Made by a program: the position numbers and the translations under genes. The notes beneath the pieces were generated by a model. It saw only the letters and a list, made by a program, of their open reading frames with translations. It ran no database searches and was not told the origin of the DNA. 64,000 bases of DNA from Pristiophorus japonicus (Eukaryota): the NCBI RefSeq assembly GCF_044704955.1, contig NC_091982.1, forward strand, positions 81,406,001 to 81,470,000. Reading direction: 5' to 3'. Shown here piece by piece: positions 24,861-38,534 of the stretch. How positions within the stretch are numbered: the first letter of the stretch is position 1; every line of letters starts with the position of its first letter.

Positions 24861-25768
24861 CTGATCTGGGTGTCTCAGCACTACACTATATGGTGCAACT
24901 ACCCACTGAGCCATTCGAAGAGCTAAAAAAAGAACGTTTTATTTTATGCACACTTACAAGGCCTAAGATGCAGAATTGGGACACTCATATCTGAGAAATT
25001 AGCTTATCTTCTTGAAAAAAATCTTTAGACAAAATAAACGCACTGCTTATTTATAATGATCTGCAAACCTGTCATTTTGGTTTGGAAGAGTCGCACATTT
25101 TAAAAAAAACAGTGCTCTATGTTTTTAAATATATTTCTGATCTGTGTCGCTCTTTTTAATCATAAAGCCCACTCCCAATATTTCCTTCATGTTGGCAGCT
25201 CTGATGATGAGGAAACATACACCGTGCACAGTGAGTTTATTCCACAGGTGTCAGCATTTTCCAGATTACTCCTAGAACTACTCACCCCTTCCCTACATGG
25301 TGCCAAATTTCTTCTTCTTCTGGGGAGAAAACTGCATTACTTCAGTCATTGATAGAACTAAGAAGCCCTGATGTTCAAATCCCTATTTAAGAGATATATG
25401 CTGGCAAACCGTTGTTTTTTCCTGCATCTATAAATTATGTACAGTATTTGCATAGGCATTTCACATAGTATTTGACTTTGTGTGTCTGTGTAGACCATTT
25501 TCCAGCCATAACAATAACTGGGAACAAGTCCTTTTTGTGTGTGCTTGGGGCATTTTATACTGCAATTCACTATAAAGAGCAGCACACTGGAAATAGTTTG
25601 AGGGTGTCGAACTGTTCAAGAAATTGAGGGATACTCAGTCAGCACCTCTCTATTTGTCTCTCCCAACAGTAGTTATTGCCATTTGCTGCATTACAGATAA
25701 CTAATTAGCTTATATTTGAATGTGCTTTTTTCAGATAGCAAGAGACTTGTAGTTATGGACGATTGAGA

Positions 25769-25824
25769 ATGCAGACTGAAGCTATTGCAATTGTGACTCC
25801 AGCTCAGTTTGCACAACAATACAG
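25769..25824 (+). CDS. TRMT12: TRMT12 first coding exon (MQTEAIAIVTPAQFAQQYR); the exon probably starts at the acceptor before 25735
   Basis: tttttcag acceptor at 25734, ATG at 25769, AG|gtgagg donor; phase matches the next exon and the peptide resembles the TYW2 N-terminus. Confidence 0.85.
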
Positions 25825-27174
25825 GTGAGGCATCAAACAGTTTTGTAGGTGTGAGAATTACTTTACTTAAATCTTTTTAATTCATAGCTGATACAAATAT
25901 TTTGAATTTCTCAACAATAATACATAATATTGTACATCCAACAATATTTGTGTGGGCCCTTCTTGAACTACTGTTTACTTTTCCAATCTTTTCTATAGTT
26001 ACTGTTTCTCTGAAACTTCCATTTGTTAAGTGTCATTAAAAGAATTGCTCTTCCAAACCAGGGGATGAGTCCCTCCGACTGCTGCCATGCTTAACTCCTA
26101 GAGTAACAGGAACAAAGTGTTGAGACTGGGACAAACATTAGCTCTACTAATACAAAGCAAAGATGCTTCAAGAAGATATTACCTCTCCACCTCTTGTTCC
26201 CCATCACACATAGGCGTATGGCACTCTAATTCATCCACATCAGCATTTGGCTAAGGAAATGGATGCCAAATGGCGGGATCTGCAGAGAAACCCCATAAAT
26301 TGGAATTTTAAAAAAAATAGTTGGAAAAAAGAAATAAATGTATATCTCAAGGTAGATACCCTATACAGGACTGACTGACCATCTCCTTTAATGTGAATCT
26401 ATGTAAAATATATATCTATAGTAAAAATATATACTTCAAATTTCATTGTTAAATATGTTGCTTCCCTTGCTATCAAATAGATGGTTTCTGTTGTTGTCTT
26501 AAGCATAGCATCTAGAAAGTTATGTCCAATTTCTTATTGCAGAATCCCTGTAAATCAACCTAATATCCTCCTGCTGGCTCCTGTCTGTCGATGCTACAGC
26601 TTCAGGGAATGTTTCTGATCTCTTGGGATTGGGAGTTCCTGAGCTCTTGAAAGGAATAAATTGGGGAAGATTGTAGGAAGAACTGAATAGGGGGATTGGG
26701 GAAGAGTGTCATGAACTGAGGTGCAGGGGAAAGATGAACGACAGTGCGATCTAGCAACGGAGGAAGGATTAATAAATAACACAATGTTTAATAAAATAAT
26801 TTAACAAACAGATTTATGACAACAGAGTTCAAAATAGATCCACAATAGCCGACCATGTCACTGCAAGAAATGAAGGAAATCCCTGTAATTTTTGTCACCA
26901 TCTTTTGCAATTTTTCAATGGCTGTTGTATTTTGGAATTTTTCTGAACAACTTGACAAAAGGGGTGGGCTCAATGAGACAATTTGGTGAAAACAATACAA
27001 ATTGTATATGATTTGAATTGAGCATCAGATTTTTTTTTTAAAGAGACCCATTAAACATTACAGAATGCTGTTAGCCTAGCAATTCAATTTAAAGGAGCCT
27101 ATAACATCTGCAATCTTCCTTCACCCCTGACATCGAAAGGTGTTAACCTCCTTTAATTTTATTTCCTCTTACAG

Positions 27175-27343
27175 GCAATATTTGGAGAAGAATGGCATTC
27201 TGGACACAGTCTACCGCCTCCAGAAGCAGCCCGATGGCTCAGTGGCATTACCTGTGCATTGCAATAAACTCTGTCAGCTCCACCTTCTCAACCTGTGTGA
27301 CACTGTGGCTCCTGGAAGTACCTGCACTTTCACAGAAATGAAG
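27175..27343 (+). CDS. TRMT12: TRMT12 coding exon 2 (QYLEKNGILDTVYRLQKQPDGSVALPV...TEMK)
   Basis: ttacag acceptor, AAG|gtagga donor; PDGSVALPV motif. Confidence 0.92.
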
Positions 27344-27464
27344 GTAGGATTTCTCTCCCCAATGGTGCTCACAACAGCGCGAGCATCTGAACTTTAACAC
27401 ACTGAAATATCGGAGGCTTGGAAAGTGATTGCGTACCAGTGTGTCATCTGGTAGTTGCTTTAAG

Positions 27465-28210
27465 AAGCAAATTATTATTTAAATGGGGAGCGATTATAAA
27501 ATGTTGTGGTACAGAGGGATCTGGGGATCCTTGTACATGAAACACAAAAGGTTAGCATGCAGGCACAGCAAGTAATTAGGAATGCAAATGGTATGTTGGC
27601 CTTTATTGCAAGGGGGATGGAGTATAAAAGTAGGGAAGTCCTGCTACAACTGTATGGGGCATTAGTAAGACCACACCTGGAGTATTGCATACAGTTTTGG
27701 TCTCCTTTATCTATGGAGAGATATACTTGCATTGGAGGCAGTTCAGAGAAGGTTCATGAGGTTGATTCCTGAGATGAAGGGGTTGTCATATGAAGAAGGG
27801 TTGAGCAGGTTGGGCCTATATTCATTGGTGTTTAGAAGACTGAGGTCAAATGAGGTGATCTTATTGAAACGTATACGATTCTGAGTGGGCTCACCAGGGT
27901 AGATGCAGAGAGGATATTTCCTCTCGTGGGGAATCTAGAACTAGGGGGCATTGTTTCAGATTAAAGGGTCGCCTATTTAAAATGGAAATGAGAAGTAATT
28001 TCTTCTCTCAGAGGGTCGTGAATCTTTGGAATTCTCTACTCCAGAGAGCTGTGGCAACTGGGTCATTGAATGTATTTAAGGTGGAAATGGGGAACGGAGA
28101 AGTGGCGTTGAGGCCAGGATCAGATCAGCCATGATCTTACTAAATGGCAGAGCAGGCTCGAGGGGCTAAATGGCGTACTCCTGCTCCTATTGCTTATGTT
28201 CTTATGTAAT
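27465..28210 (+). mobile_element. CR1 LINE 3' fragment
   Basis: LVRPHLEYCIQFWSP motif; (TTCTTATG)n tail. Confidence 0.9.
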
Positions 28211-28330
28211 TCAAGCAAGATAAATTTATTAATGGTGTACCATAAATGAAATACATGGTGTAGACTACAAAATTACAGTTACAAGCCAAATTGGGGAAAA
28301 GTGAGTGATTTAGTTCCTGTTCATCACTGT

Positions 28331-28921
28331 TGTTTTCTGCATGCTCTTGGCGACGAGACTCGAGGTGCTCAGCGCCCTCCCGGATGCTCTTCCTCCACTT
28401 AGGGCGGTCTTTGACCATGGATTCCCAGGTGTCGGTGGGGATGTTGCACTTTATCAAGGAGGCTTTGAGGGTGTCCTTGAAACATTTTCTCTGCCCACCT
28501 GGGGCTCGCTTGTCATGTAGGAGTTCCAAGTAGAGCGCTTGCTCTGGGAGTCTTATGTCTGGCATGCGGACAACGTGGCCCGCCCAACGGAGCTGGTCGA
28601 GTGTGATCAGTGGTTCGATGCTGGGGATGTTGGCCTGATCGAGAACACTGACGTTGGTGCGTTTGTCCTCCCAGGGGATTTGCAGGATCTTGTGGAGGCA
28701 CCTCGAGTCTCGTCGCTGATAGCATGCAGAAAACAAGCACAGACAGTGGAAGGAGCGTGCAGCAAACCAGACTCCCCACCCACCCTTTCCTCCAACGACT
28801 GTCTGTCTCACCTGCGACAAAGACTGTATTTCCCGTATTGGACTGTTCAGTCACCTGAGAACTCACTTTTGGAATGGAAGCAAGTCTTCCTCGATTTCGA
28901 GGGACTGCCTATGATGATGAT
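28331..28921. mobile_element. RTE LINE fragment with 5' inversion (28331-28697 minus, 28698-28921 plus)
   Basis: QLRWAGHVVRM and GGQRKCFKDTLK on the minus strand; (ATG)n tail on the plus strand; TSD ATCACT. Confidence 0.88.
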
Positions 28922-29104
28922 CACTATTAGCTTCATATATTTAACAGCATTAATTTGATCTGTTCAGAAAAAAGAAAAACTCATCTTTCTTCAGTTATGG
29001 TGAAAGATCAAAATCTGCAGCTCCTGCTAGTGTAGACTGTGGTGGGATACACCACTGAATTTGCTATGGTTTTTGTCTACTCTCCTTGTCACTGCTTACT
29101 CTCA

Positions 29105-29450
29105 GCTCCTTCAGTGACTTACTGAGTAAATGTAATGTGTCACTAACTCACACAGACCAGACCACTTGATCTGTGCTATGTTATCTGATCTCAGCTGAGC
29201 AGCAACTGAAGCCCTTCAATTATTCTCAACGCTGATGGGCGAGGAATGGTTCCATCTCCTGCTTGTTATCCACAACGTCCTGCTAGGAAATGATTCTGTA
29301 TATGAATGTCAGTGAGAATATGATACTCGGCTGCTCGTGATCCCCTCAGTAGTTGAATAGCTAGCTGGCATTCACTATCCGGGCTCACACACAAAACATT
29401 TTGATGTATCCAGGTAAGAGTCAACGCCTTCCGTAGCAGAGGGGAGAAAA
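29105..29450 (+). mobile_element. Old degenerate SINE, family unresolved
   Basis: TGTGCTATGTTATCTGATCTCAGCTG core is shared in reverse with 33970-34168 and about 30100-30225. Confidence 0.4.
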
Positions 29451-29752
29451 CATATCTGGCATGGTGGTGAGTGCTGTTTATTTAAAGTGCAGCGTGGACT
29501 ATTAGTTAAATAGGAAAGCTATATGAATGAAGGCACGGAAGGGTGGCCAGAACCATGGTGATAACTGTGTCTAGCCAGTTTCACACGAACTGGGCAGCAG
29601 ACAGTTACAGTGCAATTAATAACTGACCTCTTCCAGTAATAACTTCCTCCGTCTCCCATTCTATCCTAGGTTTATCTCCTATAATCCATTGTCATATGCA
29701 TCTGCTTTTCTCTCAAAACTACTTCCTACTATTTTACAAATATATCTTTCAG

Positions 29753-29951
29753 AACCCAATATTATCCAAGAAGTCTTTAGTAAAATCCTGCCACCAACGA
29801 CTGCAGGAGGAGCTCTATGCATTGGTGAAGCGCAGTGGAGTGCTGTGGAATGACCAACTGAGTCATGACCTCCCTCAAGTGTGGAAGAGGCATGGAGACA
29901 TGATTGTTCTGAATGAAAATGCATTCCAAGCAAAAATCTGGAAAACTCTGG
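29753..29951 (+). CDS. TRMT12: TRMT12 coding exon 3 (NPILSKKS...DLPQVWKRHGDMIVLNENAF...KTL)
   Basis: tttcag acceptor, G|gtaaga donor; DLPxxWxRHGD motif. Confidence 0.93.
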
Positions 29952-30512
29952 GTAAGACTTAAATCACGAACTGCAGAGAGCAGTGCAGCATAAATTCTGC
30001 TGGTAACCACAAGGATCTTACTGTGCTTTTCCTCTGAACTATCTTTTTGCTAAGTCACTATATTTTCCCTCCTCAATCCATTCACCAGCTAAGGTCAGCA
30101 GACAGTGTCCGCCAATGCCTTTCTGAACCAGCCACTGGAATGCAGCTCAGGAATCTGCTAATATGTTTTTCTTTCCTGAGGGAACATATCTGACTTCCAT
30201 ATAGCTATATAGCTGAGATCAGAATGAATGATTAGACCAGTGTCCAAACGAGATGAGCAAATTTATAAAAAATTAAAACATACTCACAATTGTGTAATTC
30301 TGCTCAAACATACTTACCTGCCTTCTCTGAGCTTTTTCTCATGTTTTAGAACTGCAAAACAGTTAGTGTATGTAGTTTCATGCACCATTAAAATGTGTTC
30401 CAATAATGATTACATTATACAACCAGCTGTATACAAAAATCATGCAGTCACATTAAGGGTGGTGTGTAGAATTGGAACACATACCAAGTCGCCACTTCAG
30501 ATGTGTTGCCAC

Positions 30513-30978
30513 GGTTCTCGATCAGGCCAACATCCCCAGCATTGAAGCACTGACCACACTCGACCAGCTCCGTTGGGCAGGCCACATTGTCCGCATGCTC
30601 GACACAAAACTCCCAAAGCAAGCGCTCTACTCGGAACTCCTACATGGCAAGTATGCCCCAGGTAGGCAGAGGAATCGTTTCAAGGACACCCTCAACGCCT
30701 CCTTGATAAAGTGCAACATCCCCACCGACACCTGGCCCAAGACCGCCCTAAGTGGAGGAAGAGCATCTGGGAGGGCGCTGAACACCGAGTCTCGTCGCCG
30801 AGAGCATGCAGAAACCAAACGCAGGCAGCAGAAGGAGCGTGCGGAAAACCAGACTACCCACCCACCCTTTCCTTCAACCACTGTCTGTCCACCTGTGACA
30901 GAGACGGTAATTCCCTTATTGGACTGTTCAGCCACTTGAGAACTCACTTTTTTAAAGTGGAAGTCTATGATGATGACA
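30513..30978 (+). mobile_element. RTE LINE 3' fragment
   Basis: LDQLRWAGHIVRM...GRQRNRFKDTL; (ATG)n tail. Confidence 0.88.
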
Positions 30979-31711
30979 ATGATGTTGCCACGGAGGATAT
31001 CACATGGTGAGCAGAGAGTATATTTTTCATCTTTCCTAACTTGAGTGAAAAATTAGACATGGGTAAAAGGCAGATATTCCTGCTTTATACTCACAACTAT
31101 TTATTTTCACTAAAATTATTGAAGGCTAGAAAATACACCTCCAGGTGTTTCGCTGCAGGGATGGAATGAAGACCAGAGCCAGAATCATGCTCAAACTGCT
31201 CTTGACTATTCTTGGGGCAGCCCAGGTAGAGGCTTGGAAGGTACACAACAAGGGAGACCCAAGAAATGGTGAGAAGAGAAAATAATATGTTTTGATAAAA
31301 GCATATCTTTCTTTGAACAACAAAGACAAAAACATCACTGTAAAAAAGCTCCAATTGCTCAGTTAAAATATATTACAACTCAAGAAGATTGAGATTTATT
31401 TTGTGATGGAATCCAATGCTGAACTCATGGGTTAAAGATTGCTGTAGAATCTTTGCTTTTTCTAATGCTAAGTTCTGGATCTTTGGCTGTGGTTTAGTGA
31501 GAAGTCTTAGAGCAGAGAGGGAGAGAAAATCAGGCAAAGTCACCACGTAGCCTGTCTGTTCCCTTAGGTGTTGAGTGATTCATGAGAGGGGGGCTGAACA
31601 GAAGCGAGTTAAGTAACATGAAAATCACCAGCTGTTACTTTTATTCGTCCTTGATATAGAACTAAATGAACTTAAAAATGTCCTGTTTTTATCTTTGTTC
31701 CTTTGTTGCAG

Positions 31712-31862
31712 AGCCAGAAGTGTGGCAGGCAGTTGCTGATGCACTCGGAGTAAAACGTATTGCAAAAACAGGCAGAGTATCTGCCGATGGCTTTCGGACT
31801 CCAAGGGTGACTTTACTGCTGGGAGATGATGCCTGGGTTCACCACATTGACAATGGCATCAG
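31712..31862 (+). CDS. TRMT12: TRMT12 coding exon 4 (EPEVWQAVADALGVKRIAKTGRV...FRTPRVTLLLGDDAWVHHIDNGIR)
   Basis: ttgcag acceptor, AG|gtgaga donor, in phase. Confidence 0.95.
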
Positions 31863-32708
31863 GTGAGAGCAAAATAAACATTTAAATTACAACCCAACTC
31901 CCAAAGAACTTCAAATTTCATTGCATGCACAGGCAACATTGCTAATGGGTGTAGATGACTGACTGGCTGACTGACTCTTTTCAGTGATGATCTTTATGTA
32001 TGTGTAATAAATTTCTTCCATTAAATTAAACAGACATCAGAGATTGTGGCACAGCATGGCTTCTTGCATTGCAGAGAGGCAGGGCACAGATTTAATGTGT
32101 GATTCCTCTGAGTCCTATATCTCAACTGTATCTTTAGGAGAGACAATGAATGGAGGTCAAGCAATTCCAACACAGGAAAAGACAGAATAATCAGACAGTG
32201 AGTCACCCTCGGCCTCCGCTGTGTTAACTTCTAGCAGCCAGTTGAGAGTAACATTGGTCATCTTGGTACAGTGTGTGCAGTGAAACATAGAAGGACACAA
32301 AATAGAAAAAAGTAATATAAGAAGCACAATTTGAAAAATGTGTTCATTATATATGAATATAATGTGGTGGAGAAATAAATGGACCAATTGTTTTGAGTTG
32401 GCAGTGTGATGCAGCATCAGTGTATGATGCCATGTAATGATGCGGTGAAGGTTCAATTTCATCGACTGAGTTGTGATTATGAAGAGACCCCAACCAACGG
32501 CCAAGTACTTCCTTCCTAGAAGGGAGGGAACGAGGGTCATCTCCAGCCCTCTCTCCTAGTAGCCAATTTCAACATTGCCAGATATGGGGAAGCAAGTTGT
32601 TGCCCAATCCACCCCAATCCCCCTTGTGCAGTTGGACCCTGAAAGACTGAGTGAAAAAAAATGGGGTGGAAATGAAAAGAGTTTATCTCAAATAAGCAAA
32701 TAGATATT

Positions 32709-33272
32709 GAGCTAGAAACTTGGTTTTCACAGTATTTTTTTCGCCAAAATTACCGTTTTCGTTTCGCTGCTGTTAATAGGCCGGACATTCAGCCTTTAAT
32801 TTGTGCAGCGGTAAAAATCGGCGTTACACGAGGATTTGTGGTGCAAACCGCGAATTTCGGCAACTTTAGTCCGAGGACGATAGCGCTGTAAGAGAGGCAT
32901 TGGGGGGGGAGGGGGGAAACCCCAAACAAAATCGGAGAAAATAAATTCACTAAACGTTAACAAAACCCTTACCTACTAACTCGCTGAAAAAGACTTAAGA
33001 AATAAAAACTTTAACTTAGCTTTTTTGCAAGTCTTCATACTTACCGCTGCTGGCAGGGCTGCAAAGCAGGTTTTTCCCTGTCGGTATTCTGGGCGCAGAA
33101 TACGGGTGCGGAAAGAGCTAAATTTCGGGCGAAAACGCTATTTCAGGTCCAGCGGTACGTGGAAAGCGCCACCGCAATAAGGTGCCCAAAGTTCCCGCCG
33201 GCCAATTTTTTTGCCAAATATTGTGAAATATCGGCAAAATCCCAGTCGCAAAATCGGCAACATTTCTAGCCC
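32709..33272. mobile_element. Harbinger-like MITE
   Basis: Terminal inverted repeats G(A/G)GCTAGAAA at both ends, AT-rich 3-bp flanks, CpG-rich non-coding interior. Confidence 0.65.
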
Positions 33273-33969
33273 AATGACTTTAATAATCATGAAAAATCTG
33301 TCCTCTAGCAGCGAGTCAGAGTGATTACGGAGAAATATGACCCTGAATCTGAGATTGCATGCTGAAGAAAGATTTATACCAGAAGTGATGAGCGAAGATG
33401 TAAATACTGGAAAGTCTTAATATCCTAAACGTTCTGTTAATGGATCATATTTTCCACTCCTTTTAAGTCTCTCAGTGAAGTGCCACACCATTTTACAACA
33501 ACGTACTCCAAAGCAACTTTCTGCAGCCAATGCTTAATCAAAGGCCAGTAATACAAGAGCACTTAGGGCAGGAGTGTGTAGTGCTTGCAGGCAAGGGCAG
33601 TCTGTTTGCACAAGAGTCTTGTTGACTTCCTAGCAATGCTGGTACCCTTGCAGCAGATGGGTAGATGGGCAGTGAGGAGATTCAAACCAGGAAATCCCTG
33701 GTTGTAAACCTAATACCTAACTCTGAAACAGTTGAGCCCATAACCATTGCCTGGCAATGTTCACAAATTCTTCCATGTCTTCCTCTCCACCCTACCTCTG
33801 CAACTTCCTCCAACCTCAGCCCACTATCGTATAGTTCTTCAGTTCTGGATTCCAGTGCAGCTACCTTCTCATCATTTCTCACTTGACAGCAGAGCTTTCA
33901 TCGAACTAGGCATCACCTTATGGAGCTCCCTCCCTAAATGTCATTTCTTTTCTACAGATTCAGTCTCTG

Positions 33970-34168
33970 TTGTGATGTCCCCATCAGCCATGGGGACACC
34001 ACAGTAAGCCCAATCCTGTCTTCACTTGATGCCCATTAACTGAGAACAATGGTAGCACCCCTACTGCTCTCAAGCTGAGATGAGCTAATGCAGCACAAAC
34101 TGGAGACCAAACTTAGAAGGTCTTTATGGCTCAACTACTAAGTGCATAGATTCACTGAGTTATCAGCA
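33970..34168 (-). mobile_element. Old degenerate SINE, same family as the 29.1 kb copy
   Basis: Reverse complement contains TGTGCTGCATTAGCTCATCTCAGC...GAAGACAGGATTGGGCT. Confidence 0.4.
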
Positions 34169-34239
34169 AGTATCAAGTTTTGAATAGACCACTCTAGGAA
34201 TTATATCATCAGCTGCAATATAACCATGCCTCTAATGTT

Positions 34240-37200
34240 ACATAAGAACATAAGAAATATGAGCAGGTGTAGGCCATCTGGCCCCTTGACCCTGCTCCGC
34301 CATTCAATAAGATCATGGCTGATCTGATCTTGGCCTCAACTCCACTTTCCTGCCCTCTCCCTATAACCCTTGACTCCCTTATCGTTCAGAAATCTATCTG
34401 TCTCCAGCTTAAATATATTCAATGACCCAGCCTCCACAGCTCTCTGGGGTAGAGAATTCCAAAGATTCACGACCCTCTGAGAGAAGAAATTCTTCCTCAT
34501 TTCCATTTTAAATGGGCGACCCCTTATTCTGAAACTATGCCCCCTAGTTCTAGATTCCCCCACGAGGGGAAACATCCTCTCTGCATCTACCCTGTCAAGC
34601 CCCCTCAGATCAATAAGATCACCTCTCAGTCTTCTAAACTCCAATGAGTATAGGCCCAACTTGCTCAACCTTTCTTCATATGACAACCGCTTCATCTCAG
34701 GAATCAACCTCATGACCCCCCTCTGAACTGCCTCCAATGCAAGTATATCCCTCTTTAAATAAGGAGACCAAGACCGTATGCAGTACTCTAGGTGTGGACT
34801 CACCAACGCCCTGTACAGTTGTACCAGGACTTCCCTACTTTTATACTCCCTTGCCATGAAGGCCAACATTCCATTTGCTTGCCTGATTACTTGCTGTACC
34901 TGCATGCTCACTTTTTGTGTTTTATGTACAAGGATCCCCAGATCCCTCTACCGCAGCATTTTGTAATCTCTCCCCATTTAAATAATAATTTGCTTTTTTA
35001 TTTTTCCTATCAAAATGGATAACCTCACATTTTCTCACATTATACTCCATCTGCCAAATTTTTGCCCAATCAGTTAGCCTATCTATATCCCTTTGCAGAT
35101 TTTTTGCGTCCTCCTCACAACTTGCTTTCCCACCCATCTTTGTATCATCAGCAAATTTGGCTGCATTACCATATAGATTGTAAATAGTTGAGGCCGCAGC
35201 ACTGATCCCCTGATCCCTGTGGCACCCCACTAATACAGTTTGGCAACCTGAAAATTACCCATTTATCCCGTCTTTCTGTTAGTTAGCCAATCCTCTATCC
35301 ATGCTAATATATTACCCTCAACCCCGTGAGCTCTTATCTTGTGCAGTAACCTTTTATGTGGCACCTTGTTGAATGCCTTCTGGAAATCCAAATACACAAC
35401 ATCTACTGGCTTCCCTTTATCCACCCTGCTCGTTACATCCTCAAAAAACAACAGCACATTTGTCAAACATGATTTCCCTTTCATTAAATTTTGCTGACTC
35501 TGCTTATCTGCATTATGATTTTCTAAATGCTACTACTTACTTAATAATGGACTCCAGCATTTTCCCAATGACAGAAGTTAGGCTAACTCCTCTACAGTTT
35601 CCTGATTTCTGTCTTCTTTTCTTACATTTGTGGTTTTCCAATCCGCTGGGACCTCTCGCGAATCCAGGGAATTTTGGTAGATTACAACCAATGCATCCAC
35701 TATCTCTGCAGCCACTTCTTTTAAGACCTTAGGATGCAGGCCACCAGGTCCCGGGATCTTCTCCACCTTTAGTCCTAGTACTTTTTGTCTAATGCTAGTG
35801 ATTGTTTTAAGTTCCTCCCTCCAATAGCCCCTTGATTATCAATTTTTGGGATGCTTTTCGTGTCTTCTACTGTGAAGACTGAAACAAAATGTTTGTTCAA
35901 AGTCTCTGCCATTTCTATTTCCCATCATTAATTCCCCACTCTCATCCTCTAAGGGACCCATGTTTACTTTAACTACTCGCTTCCTTTTTATACACCCGTA
36001 AAAGCTCTTAGTGTCTGTTTTTATATTCCTTGCTAGTTTACTCTCATATGCATTCTTCTCTGTCTTTATCATTTTTTAGTCGTCCTTTGCTGGCTTCAAG
36101 CATTCCCCAATCCTCTGGCCTTCCACTCTTCTTCGCAACATTGTATGTCTTTGTTTTCAATTTGATACCATCCTTTACTTCCTTAGTTAGCCAGCGATGG
36201 TTCATCCTTCTCTTAGAGTCATTGTTTCTCACTGGAATATATCTTTGCTGAGAGTTATGAAATATCTCCTTAAATGTTTGTCACTGCTTTTCTACAGTCT
36301 TACCCCTTAATTTATTTTCCCAGTCCAATTTAACCAACTCTGCCTTTATACCTTTGTAATTACCTTTATTTAAGTTCAGGTCACTAGTTTGAGACCTAGC
36401 TTTCTCATCCTCAAACTGAATTTGAAATTCTACCATGCTATGATTAATCTTCCAAGAGGATCCTTTACTACGAGATCATTAATTAATCCAGTCTCATTAC
36501 ACATTACCAGATCTAAAATAGTCTGCTCCCTGGTTGGTTCCAAAACGTATTGTTCCAAGAAACCATCCCGCATACATTCTATGAACTCTTCCTCAAGGCC
36601 ACCTTTGCCAATTTGATTTATCCAATCAATATGAAGATTAAAATCACCCATGATTATTGCTGTACCTTTCTTACAAGCCTCCATTATTTCTTGATTTCTA
36701 CTCTGTTCTACAGTGTGGCTACTGTTTGGGGGTCTGTAGACCACTCCCACCAGTGATTTCTTTCCCTTATTATTTCCTATGTCTACCCAGACTGATTCTA
36801 CATCTTGATCTTCTGAGCCAATATCATTTCTCACTACTGCACTGATCTCATCCTTTATTAGCAGAGCTACTCCACCTCATTTTCCTTTCTGCCTATCCTT
36901 CTGAAATGGCAAATACCTCTGAATATTCAGTTCCCAGCCTTGGCCACCTTGCAACCACATCTCTGTAATGGCTATCAGGTCTTACCCATTTATTCTATTT
37001 GTGTCGTCAACTCATCTATCTTGTTACGAATTCATTCAGATGAAGAGCTTTTAATTTTGTCTTTTTGTCATTTTTCCCTACTCTGACCCCACTTTCTGAT
37101 GCACTCTTATGTGTATACGTTCTGTCCCCTCCTGCCACACTCTGGTTATCATTACCCCTATCGCTGCCCTGCACTTTTGCCTTCTCTTTTCTCTTTGACT

Positions 37201-37672
37201 TTTAACATGTCTGCTCACCGGATCTCTTTCCTCCCCCCCCCCCCCCACCACTATTTAGTTTAAAACCCTATCTGTCGCCCTAGTTACTTGATTCGCCAGC
37301 TCACTGGTCCCAGCATGGTTCAAGTGGAGCCTGTCCTGATGGAACAGCTCCCTCTTATCCCAGTACTGGTGCCAGTGCCCCATGAATTGAAACCCATTTC
37401 TCCCACACCAATCTTTGAGCCTCACGTTCATCTCACTGATCTTATTTATCCTATGCAAATTTGCTCGTGGCTCAGGTAGTAATCCAGAGATTATTACCTT
37501 TGTGGTTCTGCTTTTTAATTTAGCCCCTAGCTGCTCATTCTCCCTCAGCAGAACTTCTTTCTTTGTCCTACCGATGTCATTGGTACCTACATGGACCACG
37601 ACAACCGGATCTTTCCCCTCCCATTCCAAGTTCCTCTCCAGCCCAGAGGAGATGTCCTTAACCCTTGCATCG
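34240..37672 (-). mobile_element. CR1 LINE with ORF1 SGNH esterase and a disrupted ORF2
   Basis: ORF 37255-37629 VVVHVGTNDIG...DRLHLN; endonuclease 36430-36834; RT fragments; tail at 34240. Confidence 0.93.
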
Positions 37673-37707
37673 GGTTATCTCTTCAACATTTAACATGATT
37701 TAATTGG

Positions 37708-38005
37708 AAAAGTGCTTTTCACATCCTCAGAATTTTCCAACCAAGGTGCTTCACATCCAATGAAGTACTTTTGAAGAACAGTTACTCTTTTATATAAGCA
37801 AATGTGAACAGCCATTTTCACACAGCAAGGCCCAAAAGAAGCACGTTAATGAATGACCAGATGATCTGTTTTTGGTGGTAGTGGTTGAGGGAGGAATGTT
37901 GGCCAGGCCAATAGGAAACTCCCCGCTTCTCTTTGAATAGTGGAACAGGATCTTTTATATTCACCTGAGCATGCCGATGAAGCCTTGATTTAATGTCTCA
38001 TCTAA
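37708..38005 (-). mobile_element. Deu-type SINE fragment
   Basis: CCAATGAAGTACTTTTGAAG...CACACAGCAAGG...TGTTGGCCAGG...GGATCTTTTA. Confidence 0.7.
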
Positions 38006-38534
38006 ATATGTTTCACCCAACAATTGTAGTTAATTTAAATAAAGGGGATCAATAGCATTTGGGGGATAGTTTTGGGATGTCGGTTTTTGGATCCTGGGAT
38101 CCACTCATTGTCAGATTGCGAAATATTCATGCTGTAAATTAAAAAACATGTTTTATTGCAGTTCTTAGTTACAACACAAAAACACATAGTCATACATCCA
38201 TGCATTGGTGACGTATACTGCATATGTGGGTTAGTGAACATAAAACAGAGACATCAAGTGGTAGGAAGTAAGCCTTGCACAGTAGGTTATCTATATCCCA
38301 GGAAGTTTGCTCTGATGAATGGTTTTGCTTGTTAATGATGTGGCTGCCTGTTGGAATTATGTCATTGCCTGTTGAATCTTTTTTCTGTGTTGCGATAACT
38401 TTATGCATTTTCCAGGCCCTGTGATCTGGGTCCTCTCTCTCAGATACTGTCTATGCTTTGTGAAAGCTGCCAGCATGTTTTGGGGATATGCTGTAAACTT
38501 TTGAATTTATATTCCTTCTGAAAATAATATAATC

